From Alphaproteobacteria bacterium (lineage in GTDB: Bacteria; Pseudomonadota; Alphaproteobacteria; Bin95): 64,000 nucleotides of DNA. The stretch is from positions 160,001 through 224,000 of the forward strand of contig OZ219789.1 of assembly GCA_964291285.2 (NCBI GenBank), written 5' to 3'. This document shows, one piece after another, positions 49,387-59,198 of this stretch. Every line of letters begins with the position of its first letter. The first letter of the stretch is position 1. The notes below the pieces were generated by a model, which ran no database searches, had not been told where the DNA came from, and saw only the letters and a list, made by a program, of their open reading frames with translations. The position numbers and the translations under genes are program-made.

Positions 49387-50685
49387 GTGTCAAGCAACCG
49401 CAGCCTGCATCCGGAGACCGTCGTGCTCCATGCAGGCCACCGGGGCGACCCCAATACCGGTTCGGTCGCCGTCCCGATCCACCAGACCACGTCCTACCAG
49501 TTCCGGGATACCGAGCACGCCGCGAACCTGTTCGCGCTCTCCGAGCTCGGCAATATCTACACCCGGATCATGAATCCGACCCAGGCCGTGTTCGAGGATC
49601 GAATGACGGCGCTCGAAGGAGGGGTGGCGGCGCTGGCGCTGGCCTCGGGCCAGGCGGCGACGGCGTTCTCGCTCCAGAACCTCGCCCATGCCGGCGACAA
49701 TGTGGTGAGCTCGACCGACCTCTACGGCGGCACCTGGAACCTGTTCGCCAACACGCTGAAGGACCAGGGCATCGAGGTGCGCTTCGTCGATCCGGCCGAC
49801 CCGGAGAGCTTCCGCCGCGCCATCGACGACCGGACGCGCGCCTTCTATGCCGAGACGCTGCCGAACCCGAAGCTCGAAGTCTTCCCGATCAGGGAAGTCG
49901 CCGATATCGGGCGCGAATACGGCATCCCGCTCATCATGGACAACACGGCGGCGCCGCTGATCTGCCGGCCCTTCGACCACGGGGCGGCGGTCGTCATGTA
50001 TTCGACGACGAAATATATCGGCGGGCACGGCACCTCCATCGGCGGCCTGCTCATCGACGGCGGCAATTTCGACTGGGAGGCGTTCCCGGAGCGCCAGCCC
50101 TATCTGAACCGGCCGGACCCGAGCTACCACGGCGCGGTCTGGACGGAGGCGGTCAAGCCGCTCGGCCCCATCGCCTACATCATCAAGGCCCGGACGACGC
50201 TCTTGCGCGACCTCGGCGCGGCGACCACGCCGATGAACGCCTTCCTGTTCCTGCAGGGGCTGGAGACGCTACCGTTGCGCATGGAGCGGCACAACAGCAA
50301 TGCCGCGGCCGTCGCCGAATATCTCAACGGCCATCCGAAGGTCGCGAAGACGATCTATCCGGGGCTGATGGACGGAGAGGCGCGGCGCCGCGCGGACGCC
50401 TATCTCGCGGGCGGCTACGGCGCGCTGGTCGGCTTCGAACTCGCGGGCGGCCGCGAGGCCGGGCGGGCGTTCATCGACGCGCTGGAGCTGTTCTTCCATG
50501 TCGCCAATATCGGCGACGCGCGCAGCCTCGCCATCCACCCGGCGACCACCACCCATTCGCAGCTCTCGGAGGAGGAGCAGGCGGCCACCGGCGTCACATC
50601 CGGCTATGTCCGCCTCGCCATCGGCCTGGAGCATATCGACGACATCCTCGCCGACCTCGACCAGGCGCTGGCCGCAGCGGGCTGA
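49387..50685 (+). CDS. metY: O-acetylhomoserine aminocarboxypropyltransferase/sulfhydrylase
   Basis: PIHQTTSY, GNIYTRIMNPT, YSTTKYIGGHG (PLP Lys), HVANIGD, HPATTTH; GAGGAG SD, GTG start. Confidence 0.93.
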   Translation: MSSNRSLHPETVVLHAGHRGDPNTGSVAVPIHQTTSYQFRDTEHAANLFALSELGNIYTRIMNPTQAVFEDRMTALEGGVAALALASGQAATAFSLQNLAHAGDNVVSSTDLYGGTWNLFANTLKDQGIEVRFVDPADPESFRRAIDDRTRAFYAETLPNPKLEVFPIREVADIGREYGIPLIMDNTAAPLICRPFDHGAAVVMYSTTKYIGGHGTSIGGLLIDGGNFDWEAFPERQPYLNRPDPSYHGAVWTEAVKPLGPIAYIIKARTTLLRDLGAATTPMNAFLFLQGLETLPLRMERHNSNAAAVAEYLNGHPKVAKTIYPGLMDGEARRRADAYLAGGYGALVGFELAGGREAGRAFIDALELFFHVANIGDARSLAIHPATTTHSQLSEEEQAATGVTSGYVRLAIGLEHIDDILADLDQALAAAG

Positions 50686-50710
50686 GGCGGGTCAATCGAT
50701 TGCGCTTCGA

Positions 50711-50748
50711 CGGGGCCGCGCCTTGCACGGGCGCGGTCCCGCTTCCTT
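50711..50748 (+). terminator. Hairpin terminator after metY
   Basis: 12-bp stem CGGGGCCGCGCC/GGCGCGGTCCCG followed by CTTCCTT. Confidence 0.55.
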
Positions 50749-50797
50749 GCGAACAAAAGCCGCTGTGCCGCGTCAAAATATTATCTCTTCTCGTTAT

Positions 50798-50817
50798 TAT
50801 CGTATGCCGTTACGATA
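50798..50817 (+). promoter_or_regulatory. Palindromic operator overlapping -10 of higBA
   Basis: TATCGTA-tgccgt-TACGATA inverted repeat; TACGAT ends 7 nt before the ATG. Confidence 0.65.
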
Positions 50818-50823
50818 GGCCGA

Positions 50824-51102
50824 ATGCAACTGTTCAAGGACAAAACGACAGCCGATGTCTTCGCCGGAAGGAGCGTCCGAAGGCTCCCACCGACGATCCT
50901 GCGCCGAGCCAGGATGCGCCTTCAGCGGGTGGTTGCGGCACAGAAGCTCTCGGACCTCCGGAATCCTCCTTCGCACCGCCTTGAAGCGTTGTCCGGGAAC
51001 CGCAATGGGTTCCACAGCATACGGATCAACGATCAGTGGCGAGTGTGCTTTCGCTGGACGGAGAACGGAGCCACTGACATCGAGATCGTCGATTACCACT
51101 GA
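50824..51102 (+). CDS. higB: HigB toxin (RelE/ParE superfamily)
   Basis: DLRNPPSHRLEALSGNRNGFHSIRINDQWRVCFRW..IEIVDYH. Confidence 0.93.
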   Translation: MQLFKDKTTADVFAGRSVRRLPPTILRRARMRLQRVVAAQKLSDLRNPPSHRLEALSGNRNGFHSIRINDQWRVCFRWTENGATDIEIVDYH

Positions 51103-51120
51103 AGCGCACCGGAGCCGCCC

Positions 51121-51399
51121 ATGACAGTTCCAATTCACCCCGGAGAACACCTTGCGGAGTTCCTCGACGAGCTCGGCGTCAGCCAATACCGCCTGGCCAA
51201 GACGATCGGCGTCGCACCGCGGCGGATAAACGAGATCGTGCTCGGGCGCAGGTCGGTAACGGCCGACACGGCCCTGCGCGTAGGCAAAGCCCTCGGCACG
51301 ACACCCGAATTCTGGCTGAACCTGCAGGCTGCCTATGATCTCGATTGCGCGCGGAATTCGGTCAGCACCGATTCCATCGAATCCCTGGTCGCGGCTTAG
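51121..51399 (+). CDS. higA: HigA antitoxin (HTH)
   Basis: PIHPGEHL, RRINEIV.GRRSVTADTALR, PEFWLNLQ. Confidence 0.94.
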   Translation: MTVPIHPGEHLAEFLDELGVSQYRLAKTIGVAPRRINEIVLGRRSVTADTALRVGKALGTTPEFWLNLQAAYDLDCARNSVSTDSIESLVAA

Positions 51400-51411
51400 G
51401 ACGCGAGCCGC

Positions 51412-52239
51412 CTAGAACCCGTACATCTCGCCCGCCTTGCTACGGGCGCCGGAGTGCTCCATCAGGAAGGCGCGGAGCGCGGTGTTGAAGCCGAGCGAGT
51501 CCTCGATGTTCGAGAGATGGCGCGCACGCGGCAGCACCAGCAGGTCTGCAGAGGGGATCCTGGCCGCGATCACCTCATGCGCGGAAACCGGCGTGCCGGG
51601 GTCGTTCTCGCCGACGATGGCGAGCGTCGGCACATGGATCGCGTGCAGCCGGTCGGTCAGGTCCAGCTGCGAGATGGCCGCCGCACAGCCCTTGTAGCCG
51701 GCAAGCGGGGTCGAGCGGATCATGGCGCGCACCGCGTCCACCTCCTTGCCGTGATGCTCGCAGAACTCCGGCGAGAACCAGCGGTCGATGGTGGCCTCGA
51801 CCATGGACTCCATGCCGTTCTCCTCCGCGGCCGCGATGCGCTCCTGCCATTGCTGGCGGGCCTCGGCGTCGTAGCGGCTGGAAGTGTCGCAGAGGATCAG
51901 CCCGCGCAGCAGGTCCGGGCGCTTGAGCGCGAGCGTCTGCGCGGTCATCCCGCCCATCGAGAGCCCGCAGAACACCGTCTTTTCGATGCCCAGCTCTTCC
52001 AGCAGCGCGATGGCGTCGTCGGCCAGCATCTCCAGCGTGTAGGGGCCTTCGGGAGCCGCCGAGGCGCCGTGGCCGCGCGTGTCGTAGCGGAGCACGCAAT
52101 AGTCCCGGAGCGCGGGCATCTGCGCGTCCCACATGCGGTGGCTCGCCATCAGCGAGTGCGACAGCGTCACCACCGGGCGGGTTTGCGGGCCCTCGAGGGA
52201 ATAGAAGATCTCGGTGCCGTTGACATGGGCGGTCGGCAT
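51412..52239 (-). CDS. pcaD: 3-oxoadipate enol-lactonase-like alpha/beta hydrolase
   Basis: LSHSL..MWDAQ, YDTRGHG, GLSMGG, HLSNIE. Confidence 0.85.
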   Translation of the reverse strand: MPTAHVNGTEIFYSLEGPQTRPVVTLSHSLMASHRMWDAQMPALRDYCVLRYDTRGHGASAAPEGPYTLEMLADDAIALLEELGIEKTVFCGLSMGGMTAQTLALKRPDLLRGLILCDTSSRYDAEARQQWQERIAAAEENGMESMVEATIDRWFSPEFCEHHGKEVDAVRAMIRSTPLAGYKGCAAAISQLDLTDRLHAIHVPTLAIVGENDPGTPVSAHEVIAARIPSADLLVLPRARHLSNIEDSLGFNTALRAFLMEHSGARSKAGEMYGF

Positions 52240-52278
52240 GATGCGCGTTCTCCTCCACGCGGAAACGGGGCGGCCGTG

Positions 52279-52653
52279 TCAGCGGCCTCCGGGCGCCGGG
52301 CCGGCCTGGTGGAGCGCCATCCGCCAGACGCCGTCTTCCAGCACGAACCCGTTGGTCGCCACCAGAACGCCGCCGGACAGCCGCTCCACGCAGCTTACCA
52401 GAGCGAAACCGTCATAGCACAGCGCGTTCGGCGAGAGGCAGACGATGGCCGGCCGCGTCGGCGCGCCCAGGATCGCGTCCCAGCTCGCGAGCACGGCTTC
52501 GCGCCCGATGATCGCCGCGCCGCCCGGATGGACGCAGACGACGGGTGCGCGTTCGGCCCAGAGCCGGCGCATCGCCTCGCGGTCGCCGTCGTCGAAGGCG
52601 CGGTAGAACGCCTCGTTCGCGGCAAGCGCCTCGTCTTCGTGCATGGCCGTCAT
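52279..52653 (-). CDS. Nuclear transport factor 2 / SnoaL-like protein
   Basis: ANEAFYRAF, VCVHPG, SWDAIL, ATNGF...WRMALHQ. Confidence 0.85.
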   Translation of the reverse strand: MTAMHEDEALAANEAFYRAFDDGDREAMRRLWAERAPVVCVHPGGAAIIGREAVLASWDAILGAPTRPAIVCLSPNALCYDGFALVSCVERLSGGVLVATNGFVLEDGVWRMALHQAGPAPGGR

Positions 52654-53885
52654 GTCCTTCCCGGTCCGGGACGGATCGCCCGGTCGCCCGCAAGGTCCGC
52701 TGGCTTCAGGAAGAGCAGCGCCAGCGGCCCGAGTGCCATCACCAGCGCTATATGCGCGAAAGCCACGCCCCAGGCGAGCACGCTCTCGCCGCCCATGAGG
52801 TCGAGGATGGCGCCCAGTGCCACCGCCCCGACAAAGCCCAGCCCGTAACCGCAGAGCGAATGGACGGCGAGGGTGGCGCCGCGCCGTTCGGGCTCCGAGG
52901 CGCCGACGGTGCCGGCCGTGAGTGAGGCGGAATCCGCGTAGATCGCCATATTGTAAAGGATGCAGAGCACCGCCGCCGCCCAGTAGCCCCAAGCCGAGAT
53001 GAAGCCCGCGGCGCAGGCGAGCGCCATGCACACGCTCATGGTGAGCAATACCCAGCGCTGGCGCCCGATGCGGATCGCAAGCTCGTTGCCGGCGATACTG
53101 CTCGCGGTGCCGAGAAGCTCCATCAGCATGGCGATCACGGTTGGCGCAAACCAGTATTCGGGCTCGTAGCCGGCATTCATCGCCGCGAAGGTCAGGAATG
53201 CGACCGCCCAGGAGCGCACCGCGAACATCTCCCAGGTATGCACGCCGTAGCAGGCGATATAGGCCATGGCCGAGCGGTTGCGGAACACATGCCCGAAATC
53301 GGCCAGCGGATTGGTGCCGGAGGGCGTCGGCTCGCGGCGCGGGAAGAGCAGCAATGCGACCAGGAAGGCGCCCGCCGTGCCGGCGGCGCTGACCAGGAAG
53401 GCCGCCTCCCAACCGAGCCACCGGTCGATCTCGCCCGCAAGGAAGAAGGAGAGCGATCCGCCCGTGCCCATCGCGGCCGCGTGGAAGGCCACGCCGCGCG
53501 AGCGTATGCGTCCTTCCAGCTCGTCGCTCAGCACCCTGAGCCCGACCATGTAGGTTCCGGCCCAGCCGAAGCCGGCGATCGCGCGGAAAATCATGCCCGT
53601 GACGAAATCATGGGCCACATAGGCCATGCCCAGATGGCTGACCGTGCTGGCCAAGACGCCGATCATGTAGATCCGGCGGGCCTGATAGCGGTCGGTCGCC
53701 GTCACCAGCACCAGCACCGAGAGCGCATAGACGCCGAAGATGATGCCCGACATCAGACCGCCCTGGGTGTTGCTCATCCCCCACTCGTCCCTGAGAACCG
53801 GGAGCAGGCCGTTGAACGTGGTAGAGCCCATCTGCCCGATGAACTGGGCGAAGCAAACGGTGACGATGAGGGCCGTCGTGTTCAT
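52650..53885 (-). CDS. MFS transporter
   Basis: 411 aa with about 12 hydrophobic segments, TDRYQAR motif A-like. Confidence 0.9.
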   Translation of the reverse strand: MNTTALIVTVCFAQFIGQMGSTTFNGLLPVLRDEWGMSNTQGGLMSGIIFGVYALSVLVLVTATDRYQARRIYMIGVLASTVSHLGMAYVAHDFVTGMIFRAIAGFGWAGTYMVGLRVLSDELEGRIRSRGVAFHAAAMGTGGSLSFFLAGEIDRWLGWEAAFLVSAAGTAGAFLVALLLFPRREPTPSGTNPLADFGHVFRNRSAMAYIACYGVHTWEMFAVRSWAVAFLTFAAMNAGYEPEYWFAPTVIAMLMELLGTASSIAGNELAIRIGRQRWVLLTMSVCMALACAAGFISAWGYWAAAVLCILYNMAIYADSASLTAGTVGASEPERRGATLAVHSLCGYGLGFVGAVALGAILDLMGGESVLAWGVAFAHIALVMALGPLALLFLKPADLAGDRAIRPGPGRT

Positions 53886-53929
53886 CGGGCAGGCCCGCTA
53901 GGCACCGGCCAGATTGCGGCTGACCACGC

Positions 53930-55540
53930 TCACGCGAGGCCCGCCTTCTCGCGTTCCCGCTGGCGCAGGTCGCGGCGGCGGATCTTGCCGGTGGCGGTCA
54001 TCGGCAGCTCGTCCACGAACTCCACCGCGCGGGGATATTCATGCGCGGACAGGCGGTCGCGGACATGGGCGCGGAGCGCGGCTTCCAGCGCTTCCGTCGG
54101 CGCCTCGCCCTCGCGCAGCACCACGAACGCCTTCACGATGTCGCCGCGCACCGGGTCCGGCGCGCCGACGGCCGCGGCCATGGCGACCGCCGGATGGCCC
54201 ATCAGGCATTCCTCGATCTCGCCGGGGCCGATGCGGTAGCCGGCCGAGGAGATCACGTCGTCCTCGCGCCCGACGAAGCGGAAGGCGCCGTCCTCGTCCA
54301 TGACGCCGAGATCGCCGGTCAGCAGCCAGTCGCCGTTGAACTTGGCCGCCGTTGCCTCCTCGTCCCGCCAGTAGCCGAGGAACATGACCGGGTCCGGGCG
54401 GCGGACGGCAATCTCACCCGACTCGCCGGGCGGCAGCGGGTTGCCGGCGCCGTCCAGCACCGCGACCTCATGGCCCGGAATCGCGCGCCCGAGCCAGCCC
54501 GGCCGGACCGGGAACAGGCTCGCGCAATTGCCGACCACGAGATTGCATTCCGTCTGCCCGTAGAACTCGTTGATGGTGAGGCCGAACACATCGCGCCCCC
54601 AGCCGAGCAGCTCCTCGCCCAGGCTTTCGCCGCCGCTGCCGATGCTGCGCATGGCGAGGCCGGGCGTGCGCTGCGCGGCCTCCGACGCCTGGCGCATCAT
54701 CTTGAGCGCCGTCGGCGGCAGGAAGGCGTTGCGCACGCCGTGGCGCGCTATGAGCGCAAACGCCTCCTCCGGGTCGAACTTGCCCGCGCGCGAAGCCAGA
54801 ACCGGCACGCCCGCCGCCCAGGCCGGCAGCAGCACGTCCAGCAGCCCGCCGGCCCAGGCCCAGTCCGCCGGCGTCCAGAACAGGTCCCCCGGCTGAGGGA
54901 AGAACTCCTGCGGCAGCGCCACGCCCGGCAAGTGCCCCGGCAGGACCTGGTGGCCGTGCAGCGCGCCCTTGGGCGGGCCGGTGGTGCCGGAGGTGTAGAT
55001 GAGCAGCGCCGGATCGTCGGGGCCCGTATCGACCGTCTCGAAGCGGTCGGAGGCCCGCTCGACCACGTCCCAGAAATCCTCCGCGATCACGGTCGAGAGC
55101 GCCGGCAGGTCGAGCGCGGCCACCTTCCCGCGGCCTTCCGCGTCGGTGATGAGCGCCTTCGCGCCGGAGTGGCCGAGCCTGTAGGCCAGCGCTTCCTCGC
55201 CAAAGAGCGTGAAGAGCGGCAGCGCGACCGCGCCGAGCTTGTAGGCGGCGAGATGGGCAAGCCCGGTCTCCACGTCCTGCCCCAGCAGCACCGCCACCCG
55301 GTCGCCGCGGCCGACGCCGGCGGCGGCGAGCGCATTGGCCAGCCTGTTGGAGAGCCGCGAGAGCTCCCGGAACGACCAGAGGCGGGGCTCGCCCCCTGCC
55401 GGGTCCGGGCAGATCATCGCGGGGCGGTCGCTCCCGACATGCCGCTCGCAGGCGTGCTCCGCGATGTTGTAGCGGGCCGGCACCTGCCAGCGGAACGCCG
55501 CGCGCACCGCCTCCCAGCTTTCGCGGCGCTCGACGATCAT
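53930..55540 (-). CDS. AMP-binding acyl-CoA synthetase
   Basis: YTSGTTGPPKG, EFYGQTE, TGD, GREDD, LPMTATGKIRR. Confidence 0.94.
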   Translation of the reverse strand: MIVERRESWEAVRAAFRWQVPARYNIAEHACERHVGSDRPAMICPDPAGGEPRLWSFRELSRLSNRLANALAAAGVGRGDRVAVLLGQDVETGLAHLAAYKLGAVALPLFTLFGEEALAYRLGHSGAKALITDAEGRGKVAALDLPALSTVIAEDFWDVVERASDRFETVDTGPDDPALLIYTSGTTGPPKGALHGHQVLPGHLPGVALPQEFFPQPGDLFWTPADWAWAGGLLDVLLPAWAAGVPVLASRAGKFDPEEAFALIARHGVRNAFLPPTALKMMRQASEAAQRTPGLAMRSIGSGGESLGEELLGWGRDVFGLTINEFYGQTECNLVVGNCASLFPVRPGWLGRAIPGHEVAVLDGAGNPLPPGESGEIAVRRPDPVMFLGYWRDEEATAAKFNGDWLLTGDLGVMDEDGAFRFVGREDDVISSAGYRIGPGEIEECLMGHPAVAMAAAVGAPDPVRGDIVKAFVVLREGEAPTEALEAALRAHVRDRLSAHEYPRAVEFVDELPMTATGKIRRRDLRQREREKAGLA

Positions 55541-56334
55541 GCCCGCGCAGGCTCCAGGTCGAAGCGCAGGATTTCGCCCTCCAGCTCCGGCCCGGCCGCC
55601 GGGAAGCACCGCGCAAGCTCCGGGTCGTGGCCCGGGATCAGGTGGTCGCGGGAGAGCATGCGCGCGCCCAGCGTCCGGTAGCCCTCCAGCATTTCGCGCA
55701 GGTCGTAGAAGACGCGGAAGGGCCGCACCTGCTCCATCTCCTCATAGAGATGCACGGCATCGGAGGCGACGATCACGGGTCCCCGCCGGGTCGCCACCTC
55801 AAGCGCGATCTGGCCGCGCGAATGGCCGCCGATCAGGATCTGCGAAAGGCCGGGCGCGAGCGCGCCGTCGCCGTCGTAGAACCGGCAGCGCCCGTCATAG
55901 TTCAACCCGACCAGGGTGAGCGTGTTGCGCTTGCCGTACATCTTCAGCGCCGGATGGGTCACGTCCCGGCCGGTCACGGTCAGCATCTCGCGGTCCTGGA
56001 TATGGAACACCGCCTGCGGGAAGGCTTCCAGATTGCCGACATGGTCGTAATGGCAATGGGTGACGATGACGTCGGAGACGGTCGCGGGGTCGATACCGAG
56101 CCGGCGCAGGCCGTCGGCCGGGTCGTAGAGCGTGTCGTGGCCGAGCCGGTCGCCGACGCGCACCGCATAGCCGCAATCGACCACCCAGACCCGCCCGCCG
56201 CCGCGTATGACCCAGAAATAGAAATCGAGGCCGGGCGCCTGCACCGCCGGGTCGCCGTCCAGATACATCTCGCTCTCCGGGCGGAAATCCTCGCGTCCGT
56301 AGCGCAGGCCGTAGATCTCGTAGTCCGGGGTCAT
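55537..56334 (-). CDS. N-acyl homoserine lactonase family MBL-fold hydrolase
   Basis: THCHYDH (HxHxDH), GHSRG, ASDAVH, PGHD. Confidence 0.88.
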   Translation of the reverse strand: MTPDYEIYGLRYGREDFRPESEMYLDGDPAVQAPGLDFYFWVIRGGGRVWVVDCGYAVRVGDRLGHDTLYDPADGLRRLGIDPATVSDVIVTHCHYDHVGNLEAFPQAVFHIQDREMLTVTGRDVTHPALKMYGKRNTLTLVGLNYDGRCRFYDGDGALAPGLSQILIGGHSRGQIALEVATRRGPVIVASDAVHLYEEMEQVRPFRVFYDLREMLEGYRTLGARMLSRDHLIPGHDPELARCFPAAGPELEGEILRFDLEPARA

Positions 56335-56399
56335 GCAGGCTCCTCCCTCCCACCAGCATAGCGCGGGCCGGGCGCGAGGCGTATAAGCCGCCCGCGCCC

Positions 56400-57944
56400 A
56401 TGTCCGATAGTTCCGCCCCCGCCGCGCCCGCCGCCGCGCAGCCCGAATACACCGAGCTGCAGCGCTGGCTGACGCTGATAACGGTCACGCTCGCCACCAC
56501 GCTCTACGCGATGACGGTGACGATCGCCAATGTCGCCCTGCCCAAGATGCAGGGCACCTTCGGCGCGACGCAGGACGAGATCGCCTGGGTCGTCACCTTC
56601 AACATCATCGCCACGGCCGTGATGACGCCGGCCACCGGCTGGCTCGCGGAGAAGGTCGGGCGGCGCAACGTCATGGTCTGGGGCATCGCGGTCTTCACCC
56701 TGGTCTCCGCCGGCTGCGGCCTCGCCGAGAGCCTGGAGCAGCTGGTCTTCTTCCGCATCCTGCAGGGGCTCGCGGGCGCGCCGCTGGTGCCGGTGAGCCA
56801 GGCCATCGTGATGACGATCTTCCCGCGCGAGCGCCACGGCACCGCGCTTGCGGTCTGGGGCATCGGCGTCACCATCGGGCCGATCATCGCGCCGACGCTC
56901 GGCGGCTATGTCACCGAGCTCTACAACTGGCGCTGGATCTTCTTCCTGCTGGTGCCGGTGGGCATGGTCGCGTTCCTGTGCGCCGCGGCCTTCGTGCGCC
57001 GCCGGGCGCAGCGCCATCCGACGACGCTCGACTGGACGGGCTTCATCGCGCTCTCGCTCGCCATCGCCGCGCTGCAGCTGATGCTCGACCGGGGCGAGCG
57101 GCTCGGCTGGTTCAACTCCAACGAGATCATCCTGGAGGCGTTCGTCGCCTGCCTCGCCTTCTATGTGTTCGTCGCCCACATCTTCACGACCGACCGCCCG
57201 TTCCTGCAGCCGCGCATCCTCACAAACCGCAATTTCGTCATCGGGCTGGCGCTCACCTTCGTGTTCGGCCTGCTCAATTTCACGCCCATGGTGCTGTTCC
57301 CGTCGCTGCTGCAGGGCCTGCGCGGCTATCCGGACAGCATCATCGGCTACCTGCTGGCGGTGCGCGGCCTCGGCACGTTCTGCGGCTTCCTGTTCATCAT
57401 GTTCTACGGCCAGCGCATCGACCCGCGCCTGCTGCTGCTCGCGGGCTTCCTCACCCAGGGCATTTCCGGGCTCGCCATGGCGCAGTTCGACATCAACCTC
57501 ACTACTTTCGGCGTCGCCTGGACCTCGATGCTGCAGGGCTTCGGCGTCGGGCTGATCTGGGTACCGCTCTCGATCGCGACCTTCTGGACGCTCGCGCCGA
57601 GGGACATGACCGAAGGCACCGCGGTCTTCCACCTCATGCGCAATATCGGCTCGTCCATCCACATCTCGCTCTCGGTAGCGCTGGTGATCCACACCGCCAA
57701 GATGAGCTATTCCGAGCTTTCGAACTTCGTGAACCCGTACAATGCCGCGCTCGGCCGGGCCGCGTCGGAAGGGCCGTGGAGCCTGGAGGGCGGGGCCGGC
57801 ATGGCGGCGCTGGTGCGCGAGATCGGCCGCCAGGCGCAGATGATCGGCTATGTGAACGCCTTCTACTTCTTCGCCGCCACGGCCTTCGTCTGCATCCCGC
57901 TCCTCTTCTTCGTCCGCAAGCCGACGGCGGCGACGGCGGGGTAG
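56400..57944 (+). CDS. DHA2 (EmrB/QacA) family MFS efflux permease
   Basis: TIANVALP, FRILQG, GPIIAPTLGG, WRWIF, RNIGSS; 514 aa. Confidence 0.93.
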   Translation: MSDSSAPAAPAAAQPEYTELQRWLTLITVTLATTLYAMTVTIANVALPKMQGTFGATQDEIAWVVTFNIIATAVMTPATGWLAEKVGRRNVMVWGIAVFTLVSAGCGLAESLEQLVFFRILQGLAGAPLVPVSQAIVMTIFPRERHGTALAVWGIGVTIGPIIAPTLGGYVTELYNWRWIFFLLVPVGMVAFLCAAAFVRRRAQRHPTTLDWTGFIALSLAIAALQLMLDRGERLGWFNSNEIILEAFVACLAFYVFVAHIFTTDRPFLQPRILTNRNFVIGLALTFVFGLLNFTPMVLFPSLLQGLRGYPDSIIGYLLAVRGLGTFCGFLFIMFYGQRIDPRLLLLAGFLTQGISGLAMAQFDINLTTFGVAWTSMLQGFGVGLIWVPLSIATFWTLAPRDMTEGTAVFHLMRNIGSSIHISLSVALVIHTAKMSYSELSNFVNPYNAALGRAASEGPWSLEGGAGMAALVREIGRQAQMIGYVNAFYFFAATAFVCIPLLFFVRKPTAATAG

Positions 57945-58009
57945 CGCACGATCCAATCTGCATGGATCGACTGTTTGTCGACGGGCAGCCGCAGGCCTTG
58001 CCCCCACTT

Positions 58010-58114
58010 CGTCGCCCCGGACCCCGACCCGGGGCCCATCCATAACCGCTTCGGCCCGGCGGAGAGGCCGGGAGATGGACCCCGGCTCTCCGCTTCGCTC
58101 CGGCCGGGGTGACG
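58010..58114. repeat. REP/RPE-like palindromic intergenic unit
   Basis: Ends CGTCGCCCCGG / CCGGGGTGACG inverted; inner CCGGGGCCCATC / GATGGACCCCGG inverted. Confidence 0.7.
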
Positions 58115-58206
58115 CTTGAGGCTTTACGGACGAAGCCGTTTCAACCCGAACGGGTACCGTTCCAGGCCCGACTTCCCATCAAGGTCGCGGCCTGTGGCAA
58201 GTCCGG

Positions 58207-58294
58207 TTACGGCCCGCCCGCCGCGGCCACGACTGCCCGGAGCGCCTGCCAGTCCGGCGGGCCGGCGGCTGCAATGGGCTGGATGCAGACCTGG
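58207..58294 (-). repeat. 88-bp duplicate of the 3' end of the LLM oxidoreductase gene (copy of 59199-59286)
   Basis: 85/88 identical; reads QVCIQPIAAAGPPDWQALRAVVAAAGGP* versus ...VVAGAGGP*. Confidence 0.95.
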
Positions 58295-58313
58295 GCGGCA
58301 CGGAAGATGGCAT

Positions 58314-58763
58314 TCACCGCCGCTCAGCGGCCCAGGGATCGGCGACCTCAACGCCTGTGTTACGGAACTCGCCTACATTGCGCGTCACAACCGCCAGCCC
58401 GCGACAAGCCGCAGCCGCCGCGAGAAGAGCATCCGGCAAATGATCGTCAAGAGGTTCGCCGCGCCGACGCTTCACCTCCATGATCCGGGCGCAGACTTGG
58501 GCGTCGGCCAGTGACCAATCGACGATTCGGTCCTCGAACAACTCATCGAGAAGCCTGCGGAACCGGCTTGCAAGATCGTTACGGCGCCTTCCGGGAGTGA
58601 GACGGCCGATGCCATCCAGGATCTCCCAAACCGTAATCGACGCCATGCCAATGCCGTCGCCAGCGATCGAATCGAGAAATGTAGCGACGCGCGGGTTTGG
58701 GTTCGGCCGCATCATTTCCGAGACGACGTTCGTGTCGATGAGCCAAGCCAGCGGCTCCGTCAC
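58314..58763 (-). CDS. vapC: VapC/FitB PIN-domain toxin
   Basis: LIDTNVVSEMM, ITVWEI, DALLAA, VTRN..EF; GTGA overlap with antitoxin. Confidence 0.92.
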   Translation of the reverse strand: MTEPLAWLIDTNVVSEMMRPNPNPRVATFLDSIAGDGIGMASITVWEILDGIGRLTPGRRRNDLASRFRRLLDELFEDRIVDWSLADAQVCARIMEVKRRRGEPLDDHLPDALLAAAAACRGLAVVTRNVGEFRNTGVEVADPWAAERR

Positions 58764-59017
58764 ATCTCGCCCTCGTCCCGGAAAGATGCAGGCCTGTATC
58801 GGGTCGCTGCCGGAGGCGGTAACTCGACCCCGTGCTCCGGTCCGAAATGGCGGGCGAATACTTCGGACGGTTTGAGTTGGAGCCTGCCTTTCTCCCGTTT
58901 CTCGCGAATCAGGCGGCGCACGAATTCTTCCATTGACACGCCGACATGTCGTGCCTCCCGCCTCAGCCAGGATTTGTCCTCGGGATCGATATCCCGGACG
59001 GTTAGGCTGGAACCCAT
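58760..59017 (-). CDS. FitA-like ribbon-helix-helix antitoxin
   Basis: SLTVRDIDPEDKSWLRREA..GVSMEEFVRRLI; GGAGG SD. Confidence 0.85.
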   Translation of the reverse strand: MGSSLTVRDIDPEDKSWLRREARHVGVSMEEFVRRLIREKREKGRLQLKPSEVFARHFGPEHGVELPPPAATRYRPASFRDEGEM

Positions 59018-59198
59018 TGCAACACCTCCATTACGACCGGAAGCAAGTTCGCGGCACCGACGCGCAAGGGGGCAAACTATGCCATTGCCTAAAGGCAGGC
59101 AAAACGCAGTCGTGCGCCAGCTTACTTTTCTTGCGGAGGCAGTTCGGACAAAGAGCTTTGAGGCCGCCACGGCAAAAAAGGTCAGCCGATGATTGTCG

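Noticed and set aside
58207-58294. Duplicate as a DGR template/variable repeat
   Set aside because: The internal differences are G/C changes, not adenine-specific, and there is no DGR-type RT.
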